From positions 609 to 64,608 of IMG/VR virus record IMGVR_UViG_3300021471_000001: a DNA stretch of 64,000 nt. The stretch is one strand, 5' to 3'. Positions 1 to 11,800 of the stretch are shown here, in pieces (position 1 is the first letter of the stretch; the number at the start of each line of letters is the position of its first letter). A model generated the notes under the pieces. It did not search any database. It was not told where the DNA came from and was given only the letters and a program-made list of their open reading frames with translations. Source of the DNA: a virus. Its lineage: Duplodnaviria > Caudoviricetes. The position numbers and the translations under genes were made by a program.

Positions 1-616
1 TTGACTTAAGCAAAACCTTGTAACCTTGCCCTGACATATAGATAGGATAGCAATATACCTGTTCTCTGCAAATATAGATAAATAGTCCTAGTTTTTCACT
101 TAGTTCTTTTAGTAGGTCAATAATAGTTATCGGATTATCACTACTAGCAATTATGGATAACAAAGCATTTTGAAGATATAAACTTGAATATTGCCATGAG
201 AAGGAATTTATATTTACGTTATAGTTACTTCTCAAAATGGCTGAGATTTCAAATAGTGACGACCTGATGATACCTTTTTTAATTTCTTGTGTTAAAGTAT
301 CATGAATTGATTTTGTGACTATTTCTGCGTGTTTTTCAGCGAATTCATTTATCCATGTCACTGTACCTTTGTAGATGTTAGTATTGAATGCCGTATCTTT
401 AATATTGATAGTATAATAGTTAATTGGAGTGCCTGCCATAATAGAGTTATCGTTTATTTTACCATCACTAACCCACTCATTCCTATTGTCAACTTTGAAA
501 TTAGCTTTATATTCTACATTATCACTTTCTCCAATAAGTGATTCCTTAATTAGTGGAAACTCTAACACTTTGTCAGTGATGTCATAATAGTCATTTAAAT
601 ATACTTTGTATCTCAT
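1..616 (-). CDS. Tail tip/hub-like protein, 5' part (runs off the window)
   Basis: Not in the ORF track. ATG at 616 opens a frame (MRYKVYLNDYYDITDKVLEF...DLLKELSEKLGLFIYI...) with no stop to base 1; lies downstream of tail genes. Confidence 0.6.
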   Translation of the reverse strand, partial: MRYKVYLNDYYDITDKVLEFPLIKESLIGESDNVEYKANFKVDNRNEWVSDGKINDNSIMAGTPINYYTINIKDTAFNTNIYKGTVTWINEFAEKHAEIVTKSIHDTLTQEIKKGIIRSSLFEISAILRSNYNVNINSFSWQYSSLYLQNALLSIIASSDNPITIIDLLKELSEKLGLFIYICREQVYCYPIYMSGQGYKVLLKS

Positions 617-632
617 GATTACCTTCTATAAA

Positions 633-658
633 GGGAAGTGGCTTCACAGACCACTTCC
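633..658. terminator. Intergenic stem-loop, possible terminator or processing site
   Basis: GGAAGTGG-cttcacaga-CCACTTCC inverted repeat; no clear U-tract. Confidence 0.35.
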
Positions 659-759
659 TTCGTAAAATTATTAACAGTTTTATTAGATGAAAAAAATCAT
701 TGAACTTTTTAACCCTCTCTGTGAAAGAGGTAACCAATAACCAGCAAAGCTCGTAATTA

Positions 760-927
760 TTAGTCCTTCTTGTTTCTTACCAATTTACGTAATTCACTCT
801 TTCTAATTTTTAGCTTTCGTATTATATCTTTGGTGTATACATAGCTGTCTTGATAAGATAGAAAGTTAATTGCCCAATTTAAGGCGTCAACCGCACCTTC
901 TATTCTTGTCGTACTAATTCTTTTCAT
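760..927 (-). CDS. Small basic hypothetical protein (55 aa)
   Basis: Hand-translated MKRISTTRIEGAVDALNWAINF...RNKKD*, AGGGAG RBS upstream; below the track cutoff. Confidence 0.6.
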   Translation of the reverse strand: MKRISTTRIEGAVDALNWAINFLSYQDSYVYTKDIIRKLKIRKSELRKLVRNKKD

Positions 928-954
928 AGTTTTACTCCCTTCTATAGATTAAAG

Positions 955-3900
955 TCAATCAGTTTCATGGAATTCAAGTGTTGTGACATTATATCCTAAG
1001 TAGTCATCAACCCTTTTATATCTATTATAAAACTGTTTGACTAATTCTAAGCTTGTAAATCCTAATATACAGTAAAAATACTGTATCTCATAGTCCCATG
1101 AACCAATACTGATTTCATTCTCATCATCTTGTATCCATATATTTGTACTGTCATTAAAGATTATACGTTTGTAATATGTATCGGCTCCGCTTGTAAGTTT
1201 GATGAAAAAGCCCTTAAAACAATTAATATCCCACTCTTTGTTGCTGTCAGTTAGGACAAATCGCTGTTCGTTTACATCTATGTATTGGCTGTTAAAGAAA
1301 ACACGAGCACTTGCATTTGATTTTATCGTCTGTAAAGCTATTATGCCTGTACCTGCCGAATAATCGGTGTCTTGTATTAAGTCTTGGAAGTATACCTTTA
1401 GTTTATACTTGTTTAGGTCTGCTAGTAAGGCAAGTTCATAAAGCTCTTGTTCCTTCTGCTCACTTTCTGTATCCCAATTAAGCGTTATGATTGCGTTCTG
1501 TACTGGCCTTGCTAACACTTTCTTTCGTCCTTCTAAGTCTGAAACAATATTTTCGTCACTCTTTTCTACTTTATACGTTAGTGATCGTGGAGAATAGCTT
1601 AATGTAATTTCCTTAAGGCTGTTGTAATCTGTGTCTAAGGTGCGGATGGTATTCATCACTCCGATATCTCTTGTCCAATAGAAAGACGTAAAATCCATAC
1701 TAGTAAAGGTTCCTGATACAAGAGTAAACTCTAATCTCATTTGGGAATAGCTATTTAAGGTATTAAGAAAGTATAAATTATATGTAGCATTGGCTGTGAA
1801 ATGAACACTATCTATACCAACCCATGATAATCCGTCCCATTCTTGTAATTCACATTGTACATTCGGAGACGTGCCTGTCAAATTGGATATTGTAAAATAA
1901 ACACCACCAAGAATGCCATTAGATATATCAAAAGTAGATGTTTGGTATGGCAAACTATTTATGGTACCTGAATCAATGCTTACGTAAGTAGCAGAACCTG
2001 TCATGACACAGGGCGAATCAAACTCTGCTCCAAGTATTTTCATTAGTAGGTGATAATCCTCTGTTCCACTAAGGATATTCTTTAGTAATGGAGCTTGATA
2101 AATGTTTGGATAGTTAGTTTCATTGATTTCTGTGAATGTTTCGTTTGTTCCACAGCGATAAAAACAATTAAGATAACTTTTTGTTGAGTCTTGTATTTCG
2201 CAGTAGATACCTGTATGAACAATATCAAGAAATATACAACCAAGCACTTCAAGTTTTGTAGTTTCGTCTCCCTGATTATATATCCCATACAAACAATTGT
2301 AGAACAAAGTATTCCGAATCTTTTCTACAAGATCACCTTTTAATGCTTCTTTTAACGTATTAGATATAACGCAATCGTACATTGACATTGTATATTCAGC
2401 ATTGATTAATGTAATTCCAAATTCACAATTGTCAAACAAGCAATCGTGTGTTGTGATATTTCGGTTGTTAGTGTCATCACAAAACATTATACTAGATAAA
2501 TCCTTTATTGTACACCATTTCAGGGTTAAAAAATATCCCGAAGTGTCTGTGAGCCAAAACCCCGAAAACTGTCTTCCTGATGGTTCAATTTCAAGGCCGT
2601 TTAACTCAAGGTCACCCGGTGACTTTATTGTTTCATGTAACCTAAAACAAAAGTAATCTGCGTTTCCACCGCCGACGTCTTGTACTTCCGTATACACAAA
2701 TCCGCTTAAGTCACTTGTAGATTCCAAAAACTTTATTTCATATATCTTTCTTGGTGTGTTAGTACTCATCATAGTGACTTCACTTGTTATTAAATTAATC
2801 CTAAAAATAGTGTTAACATCACTACATGTTACAAATAAGCAATCAGAAAGACTTTTCAATCGTTTACGTTCCATTCCGATAATACTATGTCCGATATTGG
2901 CGAGAAATGACCATTTATTAGCAATTGGATCGTACTCGTAGATTTTACCATCTTTGTTCCCTACGTATAGTCGGTCATATTCTGTATTTGTAGCTCTTCT
3001 TGTCACAGGGTCAAACGACTGATCATCATAATACGGTGATATGCAAGTTACAACAGGACAGTCAATTGGTGCTTTTGTAAATCTTTCCGTAAGATTGAAT
3101 TCCGTTGTTATATCTATGAGATTTTCTTCTGAATTGAAGTATAGTCCATCATCTGCTCCGATATATAGGCTGTCTCTAAAGAAATCGCATACATTTAAGT
3201 TTTCTACGTGTGAAAAATCTGATTGGCGATCTAGGTCTGGCTGCGTAGATGTTCCAGTAGCTAAAATATGTAACCTTGCCTTAGTTCTTATATCGCTTAG
3301 AATGAAGCAACCTGTATACTTATATGGTGTACCATGTAGCTGTTCGACTCTTGTCAAGGTAAAATCCCATATTCCGTCTGTAAATATGTCTATACCATAG
3401 TCTGAGAATAGTGTTACTGAGCCACCGCCTATATAATAAAGCAACCCAGACTCTTTATTCGTTCCCGCAGAAGTTCTAAGGCATACTACTACATCATGAT
3501 GCGTATCATCATCAACTTTGTTAATTAATCTTGATTTTTTTATTTGTCTAGTAGCAATTGTAGGATTTATGTGATTAAGCGTTGTTCCGTCCCAAACGTA
3601 AATTCCGTTACCTTCATCAGACAATAACACTCTGTCATCAAACGTTACAAGATGATCACGTCTATCTAAATACGTTACACCCGTGCTCCCTGCAAACTCT
3701 TGATCAAACACTTTCAACACTAGCTTTGGCTTTTCACCAAGTTCAGATTGCATACTCAAACCAACAGGTGCATTAGCAAGTAAAAACTCATAGTCAGTAT
3801 CATCATCAAGTATGTGAATGTACTTTTCAGGTTTCAACTTAAGCAAAGCATTTTCTATAGTCTTAACAGGCAATGCTTTAGTACCAGGGTTTATGTCATC

Positions 3901-4050
3901 ACCAAGCATTCCCGATACATATATCGTCGTAGCGTCTTTATCCAAAAAGGATAATCGCCTCAAAGACGTATCTGTTGTCGCTCCTATAACGTTTTTATCA
4001 GTACTTGTATATTGTTTTAACTCATCTACTGTAATCTTTAAAAATGACAT
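955..4050 (-). CDS. Large tail-associated protein (beta-helix/beta-propeller-like regions, possible distal-tail-like C-terminus)
   Basis: IYVSGMLGDDINPGTKALPVKTIENAL resembles the cap motif of parallel beta-helix proteins; Asn/Cys-rich helix-like repeats; position after the tape measure gene. Confidence 0.6.
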   Translation of the reverse strand: MSFLKITVDELKQYTSTDKNVIGATTDTSLRRLSFLDKDATTIYVSGMLGDDINPGTKALPVKTIENALLKLKPEKYIHILDDDTDYEFLLANAPVGLSMQSELGEKPKLVLKVFDQEFAGSTGVTYLDRRDHLVTFDDRVLLSDEGNGIYVWDGTTLNHINPTIATRQIKKSRLINKVDDDTHHDVVVCLRTSAGTNKESGLLYYIGGGSVTLFSDYGIDIFTDGIWDFTLTRVEQLHGTPYKYTGCFILSDIRTKARLHILATGTSTQPDLDRQSDFSHVENLNVCDFFRDSLYIGADDGLYFNSEENLIDITTEFNLTERFTKAPIDCPVVTCISPYYDDQSFDPVTRRATNTEYDRLYVGNKDGKIYEYDPIANKWSFLANIGHSIIGMERKRLKSLSDCLFVTCSDVNTIFRINLITSEVTMMSTNTPRKIYEIKFLESTSDLSGFVYTEVQDVGGGNADYFCFRLHETIKSPGDLELNGLEIEPSGRQFSGFWLTDTSGYFLTLKWCTIKDLSSIMFCDDTNNRNITTHDCLFDNCEFGITLINAEYTMSMYDCVISNTLKEALKGDLVEKIRNTLFYNCLYGIYNQGDETTKLEVLGCIFLDIVHTGIYCEIQDSTKSYLNCFYRCGTNETFTEINETNYPNIYQAPLLKNILSGTEDYHLLMKILGAEFDSPCVMTGSATYVSIDSGTINSLPYQTSTFDISNGILGGVYFTISNLTGTSPNVQCELQEWDGLSWVGIDSVHFTANATYNLYFLNTLNSYSQMRLEFTLVSGTFTSMDFTSFYWTRDIGVMNTIRTLDTDYNSLKEITLSYSPRSLTYKVEKSDENIVSDLEGRKKVLARPVQNAIITLNWDTESEQKEQELYELALLADLNKYKLKVYFQDLIQDTDYSAGTGIIALQTIKSNASARVFFNSQYIDVNEQRFVLTDSNKEWDINCFKGFFIKLTSGADTYYKRIIFNDSTNIWIQDDENEISIGSWDYEIQYFYCILGFTSLELVKQFYNRYKRVDDYLGYNVTTLEFHETD

Positions 4051-4052
4051 TA

Positions 4053-4847
4053 TTAATGTTCCTTCCTTCTAAAAATGTAATACTTGTCTTCATATTGCTT
4101 AAACATTGAACAGGCAACGTCCCAAGCATTCTTAAAATCCTCTTCACTCATTCCATCAATGCTATTACAAGTTACAGTATCTAAAATAACACGCCTAATC
4201 TTATTTTCTGCAACCTTTTGATCTATTTTCTCAATCTGGGCTTTAAAAAATGCCATTTGTCTAATCTTTTTCTTAAGCTCATTCTTAGGTTTATTCTTTG
4301 CCTTTGTCGATTGTCTTTCTAGAATATCGGTTTGAAACTCAACAACGTTTTGTCTCTGTTCTAATCCTATGTACTTTTGAAGTAAAGCTATCTGTTGTGA
4401 CTGTAACTCTATCATTTCCTGTTTTTGTTTTTCTTGTTCGGCTTTCATCTTGACATAGCTTATGGATAACTCTACTAAAGGGTCTTTCATAATGCTTTCG
4501 CTTTCCTCATAAGTTTCTTTAGCTTTAAGGAAACGTTTTTCGATGTCTATGAAGTAATTACGTATCTGCTCAGCTTTATCCGACTTAGACACCATACAAA
4601 GCTTTTTAGCAGTGCTTATTGTTAATTCATAATCTGTGATATCCTTTTCTACATTGCCAACTGTCCGTCTCGCCCTTAAAGGCGTTACGTCAACTCCCTT
4701 TTCTACATAGGGATTATCCACTATATGCTTCTTACACCATCTAGAAAAGTGAGAAGGCGATAACTCTAAAAACTTATATAGCTCACTCGCCAAGATGGTC
4801 TTCTTACTTTCATTTAAGCTTTCAAAACGAATTATATCTTTTCCCAT
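4053..4847 (-). CDS. AntA/AntB-family antirepressor
   Basis: ASELYKFLE...FSRW...DYELTISTAKKLCMVSKSDKAEQIRNYFIDIEK is an AntA-type N-terminus, followed by coiled coil. Confidence 0.8.
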   Translation of the reverse strand: MGKDIIRFESLNESKKTILASELYKFLELSPSHFSRWCKKHIVDNPYVEKGVDVTPLRARRTVGNVEKDITDYELTISTAKKLCMVSKSDKAEQIRNYFIDIEKRFLKAKETYEESESIMKDPLVELSISYVKMKAEQEKQKQEMIELQSQQIALLQKYIGLEQRQNVVEFQTDILERQSTKAKNKPKNELKKKIRQMAFFKAQIEKIDQKVAENKIRRVILDTVTCNSIDGMSEEDFKNAWDVACSMFKQYEDKYYIFRRKEH

Positions 4848-4886
4848 TTTTTTTCTCCTAATAAAAATATTTGTTATAAAAGCTTT

Positions 4887-5132
4887 TTATCTGTTTCTAT
4901 TTGTTCTTCTCGCTTCCACCCACGTATCAGGAACATCTATTATTATATTTATAGCTATGAGATGTTCATCTTGTTTTGTTCTATTGTTAAAGGCAGTTCC
5001 TATAAAGCTTAATGATGTACTTACAAGATGTTCCTTTGTAATCTTGTTTTTCTTTAGGTAATTATTGATATGCTTATCTACATTACTATTACGGTTTGTT
5101 AGGTTCCCCAAAAACGTTTTTGACAATATCAT
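4887..5132 (-). CDS. Hypothetical protein
   Basis: 81-aa ORF with AGGAG RBS, co-oriented with neighbours. Confidence 0.6.
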   Translation of the reverse strand: MILSKTFLGNLTNRNSNVDKHINNYLKKNKITKEHLVSTSLSFIGTAFNNRTKQDEHLIAINIIIDVPDTWVEARRTNRNR

Positions 5133-5169
5133 TGTATAGGCTCCTTATGTTTTTTCTGTATTCTATACA

Positions 5170-5286
5170 TTATTTTTCACGTTTTCTTTTTATGCTATAT
5201 GCATAACACCCACCACCAATCAAAGATATAAGTGTTGGGATTATCCAATACGCATTACTGCTAAACCAGTTCAAAACATCTTCCAT
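5170..5286 (-). CDS. 38-aa single-pass membrane micro-protein
   Basis: Hand-translated MEDVLNWFSSNAYWIIPTLISLIGGGCYAYSIKRKREK*, AGGGGG RBS; hydrophobic helix followed by basic tail. Confidence 0.6.
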   Translation of the reverse strand: MEDVLNWFSSNAYWIIPTLISLIGGGCYAYSIKRKREK

Positions 5287-5299
5287 CTCAAAACCCCCT

Positions 5300-5740
5300 T
5301 TAGCTATGTTTTATCCAATTCACGATACTTTCATCCTCTGGATCAATGTGTTTTCCATCAATCCAAATCTCTAAATGCAAATGTGAACCAGTAGAATGAC
5401 CTGTATTTCCCTCTACACCAAGCGGATCACCGCCCAAAACTTCGTCATCAATCGTCAAATACGCTTTCTGTAAATGGAAATACTTAATCTCAATATAATT
5501 CTTAGTATACCACAAAGACTGTAACACAAGATATAAACCAGCACCACCTTCTTGATACCCTTTCCTAATAACCTTTGACCACCCTATAGCGAACAAATCT
5601 TTCTTCTTACCGACATAATCACAACCCCTATGAAATCCTTTTCCCCTCTTACCGTACGGTGAAGAAATCCTAAACCCACTTTTATAAGGTCGATAAAAGT
5701 TTAAATGGTTTTCCTTTTCACCTTTATAGTTTTCATACAT
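5300..5740 (-). CDS. M23-family peptidoglycan endopeptidase (lysin)
   Basis: SSPYGKR..FHRGCD (HxxxD), YFHL, GNTGHSTGSHLHLE (HxH); start moved to ATG 5740, which has an AGGAG RBS. Confidence 0.9.
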   Translation of the reverse strand: MYENYKGEKENHLNFYRPYKSGFRISSPYGKRGKGFHRGCDYVGKKKDLFAIGWSKVIRKGYQEGGAGLYLVLQSLWYTKNYIEIKYFHLQKAYLTIDDEVLGGDPLGVEGNTGHSTGSHLHLEIWIDGKHIDPEDESIVNWIKHS

Positions 5741-5896
5741 GCTATTCTCCTTTTTTTCTTTCACAAGTCGTTTTACATACTTGTCTAAAAAACGCCCTGT
5801 AAAAGAGATAATCTTTTTTAGCAAAATATAAAGTATCGCAATTTTCATACCATCCTAACTTAATATAATAAAAAAGCTAAAAAAAACAATACCAAA

Positions 5897-8800
5897 TTAC
5901 AACTTTTTTTGTCCTTGCTTTAAGGCAAGTACACCACGAGGGCTTTTCAACACACTAAGTATTTTTTCACCAGCTTCTATACCATCTCTTGTAAACACTT
6001 TTATATCACCAATATTTACAACACTACTTCTACCATAGTCATACTGATTATTAACCGTTTTGGATATTTGATTTAAGCGTTCGATTCTCTTTTTCTCACT
6101 GTTATAGTAGCCTGACACCATGTCACTAAGGAAATCAGCAAGGCTCTCACGCATTTTCGGAGTTATAACATCTTCACCTTTGTGAAGTTGATAAACGCCT
6201 GTCTTTTCTACCTTTCCACCTTCTTGAAAGCCACCTATCGGAGTTAACACACCTGCACCCGTACCACCACCTGCCGTTACCACTTCTTCACCTTCTACAC
6301 CAATAATCAAATCAGTTATGGCTTGGTATGCCTCTTGTATCTGCTCTCCACCAATACCCATCTGTTGCAATATCTTTATCATTTGGTTAATTAACATTGT
6401 CTTTCGCTTCAAAGCCTCTTCTGGACTAATAGCTTTTAGCTTTAACAATCTTTGAACTTCCATATATTCACGCTTCAAGGCGTCTATACGAGCATTCTTT
6501 ATCCCTCGTAGAAACCCCAACTCATCGATTAATTCCTCATTATATTCTTTCTGCAAGTCTACTTTTCTTTGTAACAAGCTTACTATTGCTTCATCATAAC
6601 CTGATTCCTTTAGCAGAGCTTCTATCATTTCATTTTCTGTTTTAAACATATCTCTAGATAGACCATATAGCTTCAAGTAAGCGTCAATTGCGTCTTCAAT
6701 AAGCTTTTTTTCTTTTTCAAGTATTTCCGTTTGGTCTTCACCAAGCAATCCCAAACTTTTATGTATATCAAAACGTTGCAATTCCATTGCTATCATTGAT
6801 TTCATCATTTCTACATACTGTTCATAGTCTTCAAATATATCTTTGAATATTTCCCCTGCCTCTTTTATCGCTTCCATATTGAATATCTGAACTTGTGTGT
6901 TTGCCAATGATATTATCTTTACTTCGAGCTGTTCAATGTATCCTAAGTCTTCATCACTTATAAATCCTCGTGATATAAGGTAACTGATGTGTTCCTGTAC
7001 TTGAGCCCATGCGTCAAGCATATCTTTACCTTTTAGTGCACCGCTGACAACATTGTCAATGAAGTTATTAATAACTTCATCTGAGCCTTTATAAATTTGG
7101 ATAAAGTCTTTAATATCTCTTTCAGTTGCAAGCAAGCTTTCATAACGTGCTTCATCAAATTGTCCTAAAATATCAGGTATTTCCTCAAAAAGATCATAAA
7201 AATCCTCAAACCATGCCATAGGGTCGCTTGGATCAAAACTCTCTATCTTATCAAGTATACTCATTAAGTCTTGCATTCCTGGTACATTGAAGAAATCCGC
7301 TGTCAACTCTGGTATTTCAGGAATATCACCTCTACGAACAACTTTCTCATAGAAATCGTACCATTTACTAATTGCAGCATCAATTTGGGACTTAATTTGG
7401 GAAGGTAATTGCTTTAAATTATCTATAGACCTATTGATTCTTTCTTCTAAAACGTCTTGTGATTTAACTAGTAAGTCGGAAACCTCTTTGTTTAATTGTC
7501 CTAATAAATCATATATATCAAGCCTTTGTTCTAGTATGGAGTTTATATATTCCTCTGCGTCTTTTTGTGCTTCTGTAGCAGCAAGTCTCCGATTCATTTG
7601 ATAAACAATTTCCTTTTGTCGTTTTAATGAAGCTTCAAGTAGCCTTTGGTGCTCTTCTTCTTCGTCGCTAGTACCTGCAATCTTATCGTATAAGCTGCTT
7701 GCAACCATTCCTAAAGAGACAAGAGCCCCAACTGCGCCCATACTTGCACCAATGACAGCAACGGTTGTACTTTTCATTGCCATTCCTAACATCATGATAT
7801 TCTCGCCCATCTGTCTGGTAAGCTTAACACCTTCTTCTAAACTAATATTGCCATCTTCAAGTGCATCGTCCCACTCTCTTAGATTATTTTCTATGCTCCC
7901 AGTATAACCATAAAGCTTATCCATTGCCTTACTCAGTGTTTGTAGGTTCTCGTACGTATCTCTAGCTATAACATCATTAGCTTTCGAAAATTCATCTTTT
8001 ATTCTCTTTGCAAGTTCTGGATACTTCTTTTCGTACTTTTCCATAAGCCTTTCAATAAACTTCATCTGTTCTTCATCACCATTTCTACGTGCTATATTCC
8101 ACTGTTCCTGTAAGTAAATCATGTATTCAGCGTCTTCTCTCATCTTTGGTGAATACATATATTCCGTTTTAATCTGACCTCTTAGCTTATCGGCAATACC
8201 AGCATTTATTTTTACAAAGAGTTTTTCAACTTGTAATCCCTGTTTCTCAATGTCATACATTGCTCTCTCAAACTCATTCCCTGTTATACTCGCTAGTTCT
8301 GCTTGTGCATCTTTGGTTTCTTTTTTTGCCTTTCTTATCAATCTTTCGAAGTGTTCATAGTCTAGTTTTTCTATTTCCTTTAACTCTTTTTTGGCAGCGC
8401 CTATCTTTACTTTCTTTAACTTCTCTAGCATTTCACCGAAAGCTGTCTTTACAGACTCAGCTGACTTTGGGTCAACCTTTGTCAAGCTCTCAAAAATCGT
8501 TCCAGACTTCTTTTTAAAATCCTCGATCATCTTACTAAAGTCAACTTCTTTACTGAGCAACTCATCAAGTCTTTTTTTATCTTTCTCTTCAAGTTCACCA
8601 CCTTGCGCAATGGCCTTGTTATTCAAATACCTAATCTCGTTTTGTCTTTCAATAACCTTATTAAACTCTTGATTCATTTGAGACATATAAACAACAGCTT
8701 TAATTCTCTCTTTCATTGCCTGATTGCTTCTTTCAAGTGAACCAAACTCTTGTTCATAAAACTCTTCTGTTATTTTGCCTTGTTCGAGTTGTAACCTTCC

Positions 8801-11800
8801 GTACTCTAAGTTCTTTTCGTTCATTTCTATTCTTTTCTGTATTTCTTTGGCAATAGGACTTTCACCTGTGGCTTTCAGTTCCCCTCTTTCGAATAAAGCT
8901 CCTACATCAAACATTTTGCCAATTTCTTCAGCAGTGGCACCTTTTAGCTGACTTAAGGCTACAATTCCAACGTCACTAAGCTGATTGATTAGCTCTTGTT
9001 TTGTAGCTTTGGTTAAGTTTCGCATATGCTGAGACAAAACCATGAATTCGTGATGGATTTGCTTATTAAAAGCTTCTTCTGCTAACCTACTTCGAAGTTC
9101 CCAGTACTTTCTTTCTTCTTCTTCTCGTCTATCGTTTATCTCCCCCTGTAAAGCCATAACGTCTTCTTTATACTCATTCATGTAGTCTCTAAGCGATTTT
9201 GTCAAATCTCTTTGTTTTTTTATCTCTTCCACAGAGTATTTTTTACGAATATTTTTTAATCCTTCACGTAGAATCTTGTCTAAATCAACTGTCATACGAT
9301 TGATAAACTTTTCAATGTCTGTAAATTGTCTTTGAGCTTGTACTTTAATCATTTCAAGCGTCATCTGTTGTGATATAGACTTCCATAAGTTTGCTACATA
9401 AGGTCCTAGCTCTTTCCTTAAGGTATTATATTCAACGCCAATTTGCTTTGATAGTATTCTTAGATAGTTGCTCCAATCACCTTTTTCTTTGTCACCGATA
9501 CGTGTAACCTCTGCTATTTGCTTTACTAACGCTTCTATCTTTTTATTGCTATACCCTAACTTCTTAAAATAGTTTTTGATATTAGTTAGTGCGGTTTCTT
9601 GTACGTTTGAAGCCATTTTAATGTGTTGAACAAAGAGTTCAGCTAATTGTCTTGATTGTAAAGTAGCGGTTTGTACACCTGCTTGTGTTCCTTTTATCGC
9701 TACCTCAACTTGGTATCTCATCTTTTCGTTTTTGTCAATCATCATAGAAATCAATCCCACAACCTCATTCCAGTTTAACATTGTCCGATTAAACCGCTCC
9801 TTCATACCTGCAACATCTTGTGTTGTTAATCCTTCTTCTCCGGCAAGCTGTCCCTTAGCGACTGGACTTAAAGCCCTTAGCAGATTAGCGTATTTGCCTT
9901 TATTAATCGCAGCAGTTTTCATAACTTCCGTTACAGCTTTGTTAATGAAGTCTTGTAGTCTTCCGATAGTGTCTTCCAAATTCCACCTATCACGCTTAGA
10001 TATCCGCCTTGCCTTTATGAGCTCATTTGTTGCATTAACCATGTTTGCAACATAAGCCCCCATAACGTCTTCATTCTTCTTTTGTGTTTCATTTAGTCTT
10101 TTATAGCTAAAAAATAGGTCTTTAACAAGGTCATCAAGCTCTGCAACGCTATTTCCAAGATTATCTGTTTCCATAGCGAACATAGCTAGTGCTTTGTATC
10201 TTTTCGGTGACATTGCTTCAACTAACGGCTTGACACCTTTTGATCCTACCTCAGCAAACTTTTTCTGATTCTTTAAGTAATCCTCAATAGCTCTTAAACC
10301 TAAATAATGTTGTCTTATTATCTTACCTTCTTGTGTCAATAGCTTATTCTGTAACTCAATATTCTTTTCATACAGTTTAGAAAGGCTGTCAACAAGGTTA
10401 ATCTCTTCTTTTAACCTACTATTCTTTTGTGTCGCTAAGTCTATAACACGTAAACTATTATCCTTCAAAATACTAGAAGCTTCTATCAATTCAATCATTC
10501 GTTCTGTAAAGATATTAGATATCCTTTGTGCCATTCTTGAAAATGCAAGCTCTAATTCGAAAGGCGTCCTTGCCTTCTTTCTCTCTTCCGTGAATCGTTT
10601 TGTGGCTTCTTTCATCTGCATTGTCATTTTGGAAAAAACTCTATTATTAAACTTATTGCTTAAACTCTCCATCTCTTTGTAATGGCTTTCTATCATTTTT
10701 TCTTGTTCTTCTCTGTACTTCTTTTCTGCGTTATATCTATCTTCTATCTCTTTTTCTGCCATTTTCTCCATCTTTTCTTCGTGCTTCTTTTCTTCTTTGA
10801 CACGCTTTAGTTCTTCTTTAAGTTTTTGTATTTCCAGTTTATCTTTGTCTTCCGCAACCTTTTCGGCTTTCCTTTTACCTGCTCCACGCTTTTTCCCCGT
10901 TGGTAACGTAGGTTCTTCACCTGTGGTAGGAACTGTTATTTTAGGCAAAACTACTTTTTTCAACTCTTCTTGTAATTTTTCTGTTTGGTTTAATTGTGCT
11001 TCTACATTCTTAATTGCATTAGTCATGGTCTCAGGAATTGCAGCCCCTACGAGTTGTAAAACTGATACCATACTCTTAAGCGTTTGTAGGTTTTGTTGTA
11101 AGACCTTTTGGTTTTTTATAAGTTCTTCTCTTTTCTTTATATGAGCGTTTATAATTGCATATATTTGTTTCTTTTGTTCTGCTGTAAGCTTATTCCAACC
11201 ACCAGCTTGTTCAACAAGTTCTTCTACTATAGCATTAGCTTCTTCATAGCTTGCCTTTTGGTCTTCTAGTAATGCTAAAACTTCTTGTTCTACATCTGTT
11301 AACTCTGCTTCTTTCTCTCCATAGCTACTTATAGTACTATCAATTTCCTGTCTTTTTGCTATTTCTTCATCTAGTAATGCGATGCGGTCTTGTAGGTATG
11401 TGTTGGCTGTCTCATCAAGCATATATTCAGTTTCTGCCGTAATCTTTTGTACGACATCCTCTGGGGCAGTAACTTCTGGAACCTCAGGTGTTTCGATATT
11501 AAGCTTCAAATCAACTCCTATAGTCTCTAGATGTGTCTTTATCATTTCCACTATCTCAGGGACGTCTTTATACTTTTCGATTAACCCTTCTAGCTCTTCT
11601 TTTGATGATGTAAACGTTTCTTTAGTTATTTTCTGTAACTCACCTTCGTCTAATCCGAGTTCCTTAGCTTGTTTTGACAGTTGCTGATAGACAAGTCCAG
11701 TTTCACCTAATTTCTTCTTTGTCTCTGCTATAGTAAGATTTAATTCTTTTCTTTTTTCAGTTTCCTGTTTTATAATATTTTCTATGGTAAATCCACCTAA

